In this document: piece after piece, positions 16,075 through 23,841 of the stretch
How the letters are laid out: each line of letters starts with the position of its first letter
Numbering within the stretch: the stretch's first letter is position 1
Source of the DNA: an uncultured Candidatus Saccharibacteria bacterium
Lineage (GTDB): Bacteria; Patescibacteriota; Minisyncoccia; Phycocordibacterales; CALRHW01
Assembly: GCA_964403475.1 (NCBI GenBank)
Contig: CAYOFR010000024.1
Coordinates: 1-23,841, forward strand
Reading direction: 5' to 3'
DNA length: 23,841 nucleotides
Notes under the pieces: model-generated
Database searches by the model: none
What the model saw: only the letters and a program-made list of their open reading frames with translations
What the model was told of the DNA's origin: nothing
Position numbers and translations under genes: made by a program

Positions 16075-17853
16075 TTATTCTGGCAATAGAACAACATCAT
16101 GCTGTTGCCAATTTGCACTTACGGGTACAGACTCAGTAAAATCTTCATAACCAGATCTAGACACTACTACATCATAAGTACCAGCAGAGAGATCTGAGAA
16201 AAAAGCTTGTCCAGGAGGTACACAAGATGAAGTATAGGTAAAGGAAATTTGTGCAATATTTGGAGTCAAAGTCGTACTTGCTGTATTTAGAAAAAGTTTA
16301 TATCTCAAAAATTCTTTTCCAGAATGAACAGAACTCAAATCTGGAGTAGAGATTGTGTAGTATGATCCAGCTGTTCCATCTGGACCCACAAAATTCCAAG
16401 TTGCATTATCATTGTTTGTTGCAACCTTAAACCTTACATTGTCAGCTCCGGTATCTGCTGGCTGACCCACAGGTTCCCATAATATTTTATTAAAATTACT
16501 TGTTGTACCAGTATCAAAAGTAGAACTCGTCAAAACACCATCTGTCACATAAATGCCAAAAACATTTCTCAACCTTAACTCACCAATAGGATTGTCTGTT
16601 TCAATATTTCCGTCAGAAGAAAAATATTGCGTATTATTTACAAAATCAGCTTGTCCGCTACCACCAGACCAATCACTCTGAGTAGAAAATCCTTGTCCGG
16701 TAATATGAGATTCTGTAAAAGAACCTGAAGTAATAGTCACATCAGCACCAGACACAGGAAGCATTGTGCTAGCATCTCTTACTGATATCAAAAGGCTTTT
16801 TGTGTTTTTAGGAACCACAATCAAATCAACATCTTGAGAAGAATTCGCAACTAGATTAAATGGGTTGGGAGGATTCATACCCACCAGATCATACGCACTA
16901 TCTGTAAGAGATACTGTGTATGTATCCCAACGCATATCAGAAACAGTCTTTCTTCCAGAAGAGTTTGTGAATAAACTTTGAGAATATTTTTTAACATCTG
17001 GATTTGCACCTATAGAAGTAGCGCCTGTAAGACTAAAATCAATATTGGGCACAATGCCACAAGACGGTGTAATACTTGAGAAATTGATAGTACTTACTCT
17101 ATCTATCACAAATGTAACTTGGGTAACTTGTTGCACAGCAACAGTAGCGTGCGGTTTTATTGGATTTGGATTGCCAACATCGCCAGATGTATATGTTTGA
17201 TCAGTTGTATATCCATCTTTACTTACAGTTATTTGATAAGACTCTATTCCGGGAGGCACATCAACCACCTGCAACATTCCAGATGTATTTGTAACATCAT
17301 CTATTACCAAATCTGGATTCGGTGTCGTATTTACTATATGAACATCAGCACCCTCTAGCGGCTGACCGTTTGAATCAAGAACTTTAATAAATAAAGCTCC
17401 GTTGGTAGAAGCCGTCTCTAGATTTTTAGGCGCAACCCTAGAGGTAATAGTCATACCACTAAAACTTTTACACGAATCACAAGTAACCTCTATTTCTACG
17501 AGACGATAATCAGCTGGCGACAGATCGTTTGGTGATTGACCGAGCTGTCCATCAAAAGGATCATCTATATTTCTTACAGTTGTAATAACATTAAAAGAAA
17601 TACCGTCTCTAACTATTGTCTGTTCGTGGGTCAAAACGCCAGCCGGCACAGAATTTACAATACCGACATCTGAATATTTAAGATTGCGAATTATTTCAAA
17701 TTGTTCGTTTATCAAACTTGCTGCAGTAATCTTTACATGCGATGCGCCCACAACCTCATATATAGAAGTAAAGCCCTTATAAATACTTACAGAAACAAGT
17801 AAAAACAAAGCGACGCCTACCAGTACCTCTACTAAAGTTAGTCCTTTGTTCAT
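16075..17853 (-). CDS. Large (592 aa) prepilin-type protein. It has a PilV/GspI-like N-terminal pilin module fused to roughly 500 aa of extracellular beta-rich domains and is a candidate pilus-tip adhesin.
   Basis: The N-terminus is MNKGLTLVEVLVGVALFLLVSV (G-LTLVE with Glu+5) followed by ITAASLINEQFEIIRNL. The C-terminal region is rich in T/S/N/G/D/V with repeated ...V.V..G...VTITSG...-like carboxypeptidase-regulatory-like stretches and a Cys pair (VTCDSCKS). Confidence 0.6.
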   Translation of the reverse strand: MNKGLTLVEVLVGVALFLLVSVSIYKGFTSIYEVVGASHVKITAASLINEQFEIIRNLKYSDVGIVNSVPAGVLTHEQTIVRDGISFNVITTVRNIDDPFDGQLGQSPNDLSPADYRLVEIEVTCDSCKSFSGMTITSRVAPKNLETASTNGALFIKVLDSNGQPLEGADVHIVNTTPNPDLVIDDVTNTSGMLQVVDVPPGIESYQITVSKDGYTTDQTYTSGDVGNPNPIKPHATVAVQQVTQVTFVIDRVSTINFSSITPSCGIVPNIDFSLTGATSIGANPDVKKYSQSLFTNSSGRKTVSDMRWDTYTVSLTDSAYDLVGMNPPNPFNLVANSSQDVDLIVVPKNTKSLLISVRDASTMLPVSGADVTITSGSFTESHITGQGFSTQSDWSGGSGQADFVNNTQYFSSDGNIETDNPIGELRLRNVFGIYVTDGVLTSSTFDTGTTSNFNKILWEPVGQPADTGADNVRFKVATNNDNATWNFVGPDGTAGSYYTISTPDLSSVHSGKEFLRYKLFLNTASTTLTPNIAQISFTYTSSCVPPGQAFFSDLSAGTYDVVVSRSGYEDFTESVPVSANWQQHDVVLLPE

Positions 17854-17861
17854 AGTTTAAA

Positions 17862-19082
17862 TTAGATTGCATCTGCCAATGAATACATCGGGCCGAGCAT
17901 TGATATAGCAAAAAATCCTACGCCAATACCAATCACAACCATCAAGAACGGTTCGATAATTGTCGACATATCTTTTGTCTTTTGATCTACTTCATCTTCA
18001 TAAAACTGAGCGACATTTTTCAACATTTCTGATAATTTTCCTGTCTCCTCTCCAATACTTACCATCTCCCCCACAAAGACTGGATAAAGATTTTCGTGTT
18101 TTAGAAAAATATTAGAAACTGGATCACCTTTTTCTATGTTTACCTCTGCCTCTTTCAAAACTTTTTTGTAATAAGAATTTTGTATAACATCCTGTGTAAT
18201 ACGCACAGCCACAAGTACATCGACGCCAGAAGACAAAAGAGAAGAAAATGTGCGCGCTGTGCGAGCAGAGTTTAAATCTTTTACGATTGCAGAAATCACC
18301 GGAATACGCAAAACCAAAGTGTCTAATATTTTTTTACCTTTCTCTGTTTTGATAAACAAATAAGAGCCAACACCAGCAACCAATAAAACAACAAGATTAA
18401 TTAAAACGTTGTTTTTCAAAAAATCAGAAAACCAGATAACCATTTTTGTAGAAGTTGGTAGATTTACATTCAACTCTCTGAATGTAGCAGTCAATGTCGG
18501 CACCAAATATATAAGCATCAATATACCGATTGTGATCATTATTGATAAAATAATCGCTGGATATATCATTGCACCACGAACTTTTTTTGTAAGTTGATAA
18601 GCTTTTTCAAGCTGAGCAGAAACCACTTTCAAAGATTGTGTGAGACTGCCACTTTCCTCACCAGATTTAACCATAGATATAAAAAGTGTAGAAAAAACAT
18701 CATTATGTTTAGCCATAGCTTCGCTAAGAGCACTACCCTTTCCTATATCAGAATTGAGTTCATTTATAATTTTCTTAAATTTTTTATTTCTCGTTTGTCG
18801 CTCCATTACAGAAAGAGCTCTTGCTAGAGGAAGCCCGGCATCAATCATTGTGCCGAGATTTTTAGCAAACATTATTTTATCTATAATTTTTACGCCGCCC
18901 AGAAAACTGCCAAATTTCACATTCTTTAAAAAACTCACGCCAACTTTTTCTTCTTGGGCAAATGTGACAGTGTCCCCTTCCAAGCGTATTTGTTGATACA
19001 AAGCAGATTTGCTCTCTGCTTCTTTTACGCCCTCATATTTTTCTCCTGTTTTTTTGACTGCTTTAAAGTTAAATTTTGGCAT
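17862..19082 (-). CDS. pilC: Type IV pilus / T2SS platform protein PilC/GspF family
   Basis: 406 aa with two T2SSF-like repeats, three TM segments and an N-terminal cytoplasmic domain. It lies immediately downstream of the PilB ATPase gene. Confidence 0.85.
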   Translation of the reverse strand: MPKFNFKAVKKTGEKYEGVKEAESKSALYQQIRLEGDTVTFAQEEKVGVSFLKNVKFGSFLGGVKIIDKIMFAKNLGTMIDAGLPLARALSVMERQTRNKKFKKIINELNSDIGKGSALSEAMAKHNDVFSTLFISMVKSGEESGSLTQSLKVVSAQLEKAYQLTKKVRGAMIYPAIILSIMITIGILMLIYLVPTLTATFRELNVNLPTSTKMVIWFSDFLKNNVLINLVVLLVAGVGSYLFIKTEKGKKILDTLVLRIPVISAIVKDLNSARTARTFSSLLSSGVDVLVAVRITQDVIQNSYYKKVLKEAEVNIEKGDPVSNIFLKHENLYPVFVGEMVSIGEETGKLSEMLKNVAQFYEDEVDQKTKDMSTIIEPFLMVVIGIGVGFFAISMLGPMYSLADAI

Positions 19083-19101
19083 GATAAAAATTTATTAAAA
19101 A

Positions 19102-20856
19102 CTATTCTGAGATAACACGTAATATTTCTTCGATTGTTGTTTGACCTTGGACGGCTTTGAAAATTCCATCTTCTATCATAGAAAGCATCCCTTCAGCTTT
19201 TGCCTGTTTTTCTATTTCTTTATCTGTTTTTCCCTGCATCACAAGTTCTTTTATTGCAGGAGAAACTTTTAACACTTCATATATACCTACACGACCACTA
19301 AAAGCTTGCTCTGGATCAATGCCGGCTTTTGGTCTATACAAAGGAATCTTGTCCCAAGTGACTTTACCCTCTACAACCTTTTCTTCTTTCAAAAATTTCA
19401 AAACACGATCGAGATCAACAGTCTTTTTTAAGGTTTCGATTTCTGCATCTGTCAAAAAATATTTTTCTTTTTTATCTGTAAGTTTGCGTACGAGACGTTG
19501 TGCGATGACCACATTTAAAGTAGACACGATAAGGAATGGCTCGACTTTCATATCAATCAGACGCGGTATTGCACCAGCAGCTGAGTTGGTATGCAAAGTA
19601 GAAAGCACCAAATGACCAGTAAGAGATGCGTTTACAGCAAGAGCCGCTGTCTCTCCGTCACGAATTTCTCCCACCATGATGATGTCAGGATCCTGACGAA
19701 CAAGAGTTCGCAGACCGTTACTGAATGTAAGACCAATTTCTGATTTCACCTGTGTTTGATTGATACGGTTCATCTGATATTCCACAGGATCTTCAATAGT
19801 AGAGATGTTTACATCTGGAGTATTTAAAATATCAAGCATTGTATAAAGAGATGTTGTTTTTCCTGAGCCTGTTGGTCCAGTGGTGAGTATCAAGCCAGTC
19901 GTCTGATTCATCGCTTTGTGTATTTGTTCCAAAGCTTCTCCATGATATCCAAGTACTTCAAGTGTAAATCCAGACGCAGTCTCTCTCAAAAGACGCATAA
20001 CAGTTTTCTCTCCGTAATAAACAGGTAAAGTAGAAACACGGAAAGAAACTTTCTCCCCATTCATATCTATCTTGAAACGTCCGTCTTGCGGTAAACGCTT
20101 TTCATCCAGCTTTAGGTTTGCCAAAACTTTTATGCGAGCGGTGATACTTGTAGAAATATCTTTTGGTAAAGTCATTGCGTCATGCAACATTCCGTCTATT
20201 CGATATCTGACTATCACCTGATTTTCTAGTGGCTCTATATGTATATCAGAAGCATTTTGAATAATTGCATGCTTTAAAAGGGTATCTACTATACGCACCA
20301 CGGGCATATCTTCTGCCAATTTCTTCAAGTCACTTTCAGAAACATCTTCCCCATCCACACCATCAGCAACAGCTTTTATAGAGACAGACTCTTTTTGAAT
20401 AATATCTCCGAATTCTGCTTTCAAACTCTTTTGATATTGTAAAAGAGCGCTCTTCATTGATTCATTATCAGTAAGTCTAGGAAGAATTTTTAAACCAACT
20501 TTCTTTTTTACAAAATCAATAGCAGTCAAATTTGCGATATCAAGCATTGCAACCTCTAGACCACCGGGTACTTTTTTATAGCCAACAATGTTGTGGTTGC
20601 GCGCAATCGGTTCTGGTATTAAAGCCAGGACATCAAAATCAATTTTCTGACCCTTTAGATCTACAAAAGGAATACCTAAAATGTTTGCTTGGATTTTTCT
20701 GAGATCATCTTCACCAACCTTTCCTCTGCTTACCAATATATCTCCTATGTCAGTGTCATTTTCTTTTGCTTCTTTTTCTGCATCAGCAAAATCGACTTTC
20801 GATACTAGTCCAGAATCTAAAATAAAATCTTTAAATTGTTTTTCTTCAATGTGCAT
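19102..20856 (-). CDS. pilB: Type IV pilus assembly ATPase PilB/GspE family. The start is taken at the ATG ending 20856. The ORF-track TTG start at 20874 would add 6 aa.
   Basis: An N-terminal GSPII_E_N-like domain (...DDLRKIQANILGIPFVDL...), Walker A GPTGSGKTTSLYT, the Asp box, Walker B IIMVGEIRD, and the His box LVLSTLHTNSAAG. The usual C-terminal tetracysteine Zn motif is absent, since there is no Cys after the His box. Confidence 0.9.
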   Translation of the reverse strand: MHIEEKQFKDFILDSGLVSKVDFADAEKEAKENDTDIGDILVSRGKVGEDDLRKIQANILGIPFVDLKGQKIDFDVLALIPEPIARNHNIVGYKKVPGGLEVAMLDIANLTAIDFVKKKVGLKILPRLTDNESMKSALLQYQKSLKAEFGDIIQKESVSIKAVADGVDGEDVSESDLKKLAEDMPVVRIVDTLLKHAIIQNASDIHIEPLENQVIVRYRIDGMLHDAMTLPKDISTSITARIKVLANLKLDEKRLPQDGRFKIDMNGEKVSFRVSTLPVYYGEKTVMRLLRETASGFTLEVLGYHGEALEQIHKAMNQTTGLILTTGPTGSGKTTSLYTMLDILNTPDVNISTIEDPVEYQMNRINQTQVKSEIGLTFSNGLRTLVRQDPDIIMVGEIRDGETAALAVNASLTGHLVLSTLHTNSAAGAIPRLIDMKVEPFLIVSTLNVVIAQRLVRKLTDKKEKYFLTDAEIETLKKTVDLDRVLKFLKEEKVVEGKVTWDKIPLYRPKAGIDPEQAFSGRVGIYEVLKVSPAIKELVMQGKTDKEIEKQAKAEGMLSMIEDGIFKAVQGQTTIEEILRVISE

Positions 20857-20889
20857 AATAGTGTTACAACACAATTATTATATCAGAAA

Positions 20890-20924
20890 ACAAAACACAC
20901 ATCTGTGGAGATGTGTGTTTTGAA
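20890..20924 (-). terminator. Intrinsic terminator on the minus strand between the upstream secreted-protein gene and pilB. A 12-bp stem aaacacacatct/agatgtgtgttt flanks a 4-nt loop, and gttttct follows on the minus strand.
   Basis: Stem halves at 20893-20904 and 20909-20920. A TATAAT-like element (gatataataatt on the minus strand, about 20877-20888) follows and could be the pilB promoter. Confidence 0.6.
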
Positions 20925-20944
20925 AAGTTTTAACAAAATATTTT

Positions 20945-21904
20945 TTATAGAGAACCAATTCTCATAACCAAGACATCACCGTTACAATTCTTGTATCCGG
21001 CACCAAAATTCCACCACTGCCATTGACCGTTAGTATAATGTAAAAGAGTTCCAGCAAGTGTCGGAGCACCTTCACCAACAGTATTAATACAGTTTACAGC
21101 TCTCCATGATCCGTCTCCGGTTCCATTATTTGCTTCAGCTGAATCACATGGAACAGTGTTACTTGAATTAGAACACAATACAGCCATAGGCTCCCAAGTA
21201 GCCTGTCCACCGGTTCCGTTTGCCACAAGTGCATCACCAGACTTTGCACCACCACCACGAATTCTTATTGTTCCGTTTATATCAAGAGTATCTGATGGTT
21301 GTTGACCTGATTGTGTGTTGTTAAAAATAGAACCTATACCAACCTTAGATTGATTATAATAAATATTTGTATTAGCCAAGCTTGCAGAGCCCGAAAACAT
21401 AGGAACCTGATTTGCTGTACCAGAACCACTCACTCCTCCACCAGATCCGCCTGACCCACTAGCAGGCAACCTCCATTCTGCCAAACCACCATTACCCACC
21501 GCAGTTAAAACAGCACCTTCACTGACTGAATTATATTCTTGGCCTGGCAAAACTGGTCCGTCACCACCACCACGGATTCTTATTTTTCCGCCAACATCCA
21601 AAGTAGCTTGGCCGGTCAAATCTTCTAGATTTCCTATAGCAACTCTTCCATTTCTCACATAAAGACCTACTTGAGATATACCGCCAGTTAAATCCTGACC
21701 AACAGTAAGTCCTCCTGATTTGATCTGACCAGACAAGCCAACATGAATAGGTGCATCACAACCAGCTTGTCCACTAGTACAATTTGGCGGAGTGCTTTGT
21801 GGACCCGTCCAAGCTGTAAGCTGACTAATTCCCAAACTCAACACAAGAGCGAGAATTATTATTTTAAAACTATTTACTATTTCTTTTTTTGTTAAAACTT
21901 TCAT
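20945..21904 (-). CDS. Secreted glycine-rich protein with two tail-fibre-like repeat modules (hypothetical)
   Basis: 319 aa. The signal peptide is MKVLTKKEIVNSFKIIILALVLSLGISQLTA, followed by WTGPQSTPPN. There are two repeats of about 100 aa: ...VAIG...LDVGGKIRIRGGGDGPVL...GNGGLAEWRLP and ...KVGIGS...LDINGTIRIRGGGAKSGDAL...GTGGQATWEPM. The C-terminal region is Cys- and Trp-rich (NGQWQWWNFGAGYKNCNGD). Confidence 0.6.
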   Translation of the reverse strand: MKVLTKKEIVNSFKIIILALVLSLGISQLTAWTGPQSTPPNCTSGQAGCDAPIHVGLSGQIKSGGLTVGQDLTGGISQVGLYVRNGRVAIGNLEDLTGQATLDVGGKIRIRGGGDGPVLPGQEYNSVSEGAVLTAVGNGGLAEWRLPASGSGGSGGGVSGSGTANQVPMFSGSASLANTNIYYNQSKVGIGSIFNNTQSGQQPSDTLDINGTIRIRGGGAKSGDALVANGTGGQATWEPMAVLCSNSSNTVPCDSAEANNGTGDGSWRAVNCINTVGEGAPTLAGTLLHYTNGQWQWWNFGAGYKNCNGDVLVMRIGSL

Positions 21905-21944
21905 GTTATTAATTTGGATTGCTATTAACTATTAATATTATATC

Positions 21945-22274
21945 TTATTTCACACTCGTTGCATCAAGTATTTTCTTTCTCTCTGCTTCACTAGTGGAAT
22001 TCGCGCCGGATTTTGCTGTTGTACTGTTTATTATCTCTTTCATTTCTTCAGCACTCACATTTACTTTATTTTTTGCTGAAGTCGCTTCTATTATCTTCTC
22101 CTCTTCTGTCATTTCATGAACAGGAGAGATGTTGATCATTTGTTTTTTAAATATAGTCACCACAGCGACAACAACAATCAAACAAGCAATGAAAATTATT
22201 ATCCAGCGAGCTTTATTGTGATTTTTTGTGGGAACAGGAGCCGGGTTGAAAATTGGGTTGTTTGTATAATCCAT
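21945..22274 (-). CDS. Small single-pass membrane protein with a triple 'E-E-x-K-x-I-x-x-T-S-A-K' repeat (hypothetical)
   Basis: 109 aa. The TM helix is WIIIFIACLIVVVAVVTIF. The repeats are TEEEKIIEATSAKNKVNVS, AEEMKEIINSTTAKSGANSTS and EAERKKILDATSVK. Confidence 0.45.
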   Translation of the reverse strand: MDYTNNPIFNPAPVPTKNHNKARWIIIFIACLIVVVAVVTIFKKQMINISPVHEMTEEEKIIEATSAKNKVNVSAEEMKEIINSTTAKSGANSTSEAERKKILDATSVK

Positions 22275-22290
22275 AATATTTATTTATTTT

Positions 22291-23841
22291 TTAAAACTCA
22301 TTTACATTTGGACGCACTATAACCGTTGCAGAAGGACTACAATTTACCAGCAAAGAAGAGCTGTTTGAAGTATCGGTGACAACCACAGAAGCTGTTTTTA
22401 TACCAGTAGTAGAATAAACCTTAACAACACTTTGATCGGTTCCAGTTAATCCATTATCACCAGACCAACTATATGTAAAAGGTCCGACTCCTATAAGCGA
22501 AGCTGGGTCAACTGTCCATGTAATAGGAGAATTGACTATATAAGGTGGATTTTCTAAAGGTTTACAAGTTGCTGATACTGTAGAAGGTACAATTACAGTA
22601 ACCGTCTTTGCTGCAGAGCTTGGAGTGTTTTGACTTCCAGAAACGGTAATGACATATGTTCCTGGAGTTGTTGTTGTCTGCGCAGTTATAGAAAGTTTTT
22701 TCTGACATGATGGCTCACAACTAGATCCATCTGTGAAAGAAGATGTGATTGGATTACTAGCAGTTGAGGTATTGTTTGCTCCAGGTGCTGTAAAGGTCAT
22801 AGATTTAGAAAGTGTCACTGTTTCTGTTTTTCCAGAAACCAAATTTATAGATATATCAGATTCTTTTGTTGTATTTTGTGGATTTTGCCAAGAAAAGACA
22901 GCTGGATTTATAGAAATAGAATAATCAAAAGGAGCAGGGATACCGTAAGTTACTTTGTGGCGATTGTTTACTGGATCATCAAACCTAATCCAGCCAATAG
23001 CTTCTCCACCCCAAGCAGAGCCGACTATTCTTCCAGTGTTTCTGTTATATGTCAGACCAGCGTCACCGTCTTCATGACCAACTCCTGTAGCATGATTTGT
23101 TCCTGAAAGATGTATCCATCCATCAAAACCAGGTGTTGTATCACCGCTTATTACTCTAGCCCAACCAACAATACTTCCCACAGCACTACTTACATTTGTA
23201 AGAGAGCCAGCGGTACCAGCACCCTCTGCTCCAGAAGGTCCAGTTTGTCCACCAAAATTAATCCAACCCACAGCATCGCTCCAAGCATGACCCGATAAAG
23301 TTCCTGATCCACCCATTGTGCCATTATTATTTACCTTTACACCAAAGCTTGTAGATTGACCTGGAGCATTTGCATCACAAGGACTATCAGCAACGCCGTT
23401 TTGATCATCGTCTGTACAACTATTCATTTTTATCCAGCCGATGTTATCAGACCATGCCCAACCAAAAACATTACCCTCTTCATTTTCCACACACTGTCCA
23501 TTTGAATATGAGGAATTTCCCTGACATTTTGCTTCACACTTTGGAGAACTTCCGGCCGGTGTACTGCAGTTTTCCACTGCGGTATATGGCGTGTTTGCTG
23601 TAAGACCAGAATCATCTCCAGAACAAAGAGATGAATTTGCTGGCAAACTACCAGTACAAGAAAAAGTTTGTCCTCCCCCTCCACCACCATTTGAGCCATC
23701 ATTACCGTTACCATTACCAGAATCCGACTTCTTTCCACCGCCAGACAAAGAATCATCCTGACCAGGATTGTTAACACCATCTGAATCAACATATGTTACT
23801 TCCTGACAGGTACCAGCAACACCCTCTTCACAAGAACTACC
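22291..23841 (-). CDS. Large Cys-rich secreted protein with repeated 'GWAWS-x3-GWI-x-F' motifs and a C-terminal PKD domain. The reading frame stays open to the window end, so the 5' end is not in the window. The ORF-track start at 23748 is an internal TTG.
   Basis: Manual translation of the complement of 23749-23841 in frame gives GSSCEEGVAGTCQEVTYVDSDGVNNPGQDDS with no stop. The repeats are VFGWAWSDNIGWIKMN, SGHAWSDAVGWINFG, IVGWARVISGD...FDGWIHLSG and VGSAWGGEAIGWIRFDD. The PKD-like segment is PFTYSWSGDNGLTGTDQSVVKVYSTTGIKTASVVVTD (W.FGDG-type motif). Confidence 0.7.
   Translation of the reverse strand, partial: GSSCEEGVAGTCQEVTYVDSDGVNNPGQDDSLSGGGKKSDSGNGNGNDGSNGGGGGGQTFSCTGSLPANSSLCSGDDSGLTANTPYTAVENCSTPAGSSPKCEAKCQGNSSYSNGQCVENEEGNVFGWAWSDNIGWIKMNSCTDDDQNGVADSPCDANAPGQSTSFGVKVNNNGTMGGSGTLSGHAWSDAVGWINFGGQTGPSGAEGAGTAGSLTNVSSAVGSIVGWARVISGDTTPGFDGWIHLSGTNHATGVGHEDGDAGLTYNRNTGRIVGSAWGGEAIGWIRFDDPVNNRHKVTYGIPAPFDYSISINPAVFSWQNPQNTTKESDISINLVSGKTETVTLSKSMTFTAPGANNTSTASNPITSSFTDGSSCEPSCQKKLSITAQTTTTPGTYVITVSGSQNTPSSAAKTVTVIVPSTVSATCKPLENPPYIVNSPITWTVDPASLIGVGPFTYSWSGDNGLTGTDQSVVKVYSTTGIKTASVVVTDTSNSSSLLVNCSPSATVIVRPNVNEF

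Noticed and set aside
20857-20874. TTG-initiated N-terminal extension of PilB (MCCNTIM...)
   Set aside because: The ATG at 20856 gives MHIEEKQ..., with a conventional start codon. The extension consists of Cys-Cys-Asn-Thr-Ile, it is unconserved-looking, and it would place the start inside the putative -10 region after the terminator.
21905-21944. AT-rich spacer with short ttaat/attaa symmetry between the secreted-protein gene and the small TM gene
   Set aside because: The spacer is only low-complexity A/T sequence with 4-5-bp symmetries expected by chance at this composition. It has no convincing stem or conserved box.
23746-23748. ORF-track start (TTG) of the 485-aa protein at 23748
   Set aside because: The same frame stays open upstream to the window edge and encodes plausible Cys/Asp-rich protein sequence (…CEEGVAGTCQEVTYVDSDGVNNPGQDDS-L-SGGGKK…). 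The TTG is therefore an internal Leu codon and the gene is 5'-truncated by the window.
1-23841. CRISPR arrays, tRNA/rRNA genes, transposases, integrases, toxin-antitoxin pairs, restriction-modification or other recognisable defence genes
   Set aside because: I scanned both strands by eye for regularly spaced direct repeats, tRNA T-loop signatures (GTTCGA/GTTCAA-TCC) and for DDE/tyrosine-recombinase-like ORFs, and found none. The only repeat structures are the palindromic elements reported above.

Overview
The window reads as a gene-dense, low-GC (roughly 33-40 %) bacterial chromosome segment. Spacers are short, ribosome-binding sites are weak, there are several translationally coupled 4-nt overlaps, and two pairs of convergent genes overlap. 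This compaction and the gene content (type IV pilus machinery, ComEC, RecJ, a minimal glycolysis pair) are consistent with a streamlined, host-associated lineage such as Patescibacteria/CPR. That assignment is inference only. No in-frame UGA is needed in any gene, so the standard code 11 appears to apply.

Gene order along the window:
- 1-2864, minus strand: str operon, rpsL-rpsG-fusA, with fusA truncated at the window start.
- 2937-3847: a divergent M50 site-2 protease and rpmB.
- 4017-6074: a single flotillin-like SPFH/band-7 gene at about 52-58 % GC and with GC3-rich codons, sitting in an otherwise AT-rich context. This is the strongest anomaly in the window and points to horizontal acquisition.
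- 6137-9143: a fissioned ComEC (a standalone MBL-fold gene and a channel-domain gene) with a superoxide dismutase gene between them on the opposite strand.
- 9188-13966: rnhA (carrying a C-terminal hybrid-binding-domain-like tail), recJ, a divergent HIT gene, then tpiA and pgk.
- 13983-20856, all minus strand: a type IV pilus / T2SS-like block with a PilX-like protein, a PilW/GspJ-like pilin, a very large PilV/GspI-like pilin, PilC and PilB.
- 20945-23841, upstream of pilB: a terminator, then three secreted or membrane proteins. One is glycine-rich with tail-fibre-like repeats, one is a small TM protein with triple repeats, and one is a Cys-rich protein with 'GWAWS..GWI.F' repeats and a PKD domain that runs off the window end.

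Non-coding features worth a look:
- a 98-bp nested inverted-repeat element between rpsG and fusA;
- a promoter followed by a terminator-like hairpin ahead of the flotillin gene;
- a perfect 7-1-7 palindrome in the predicted sodA promoter.

No rRNA, tRNA, CRISPR array or recognisable IS/transposase was found by eye.
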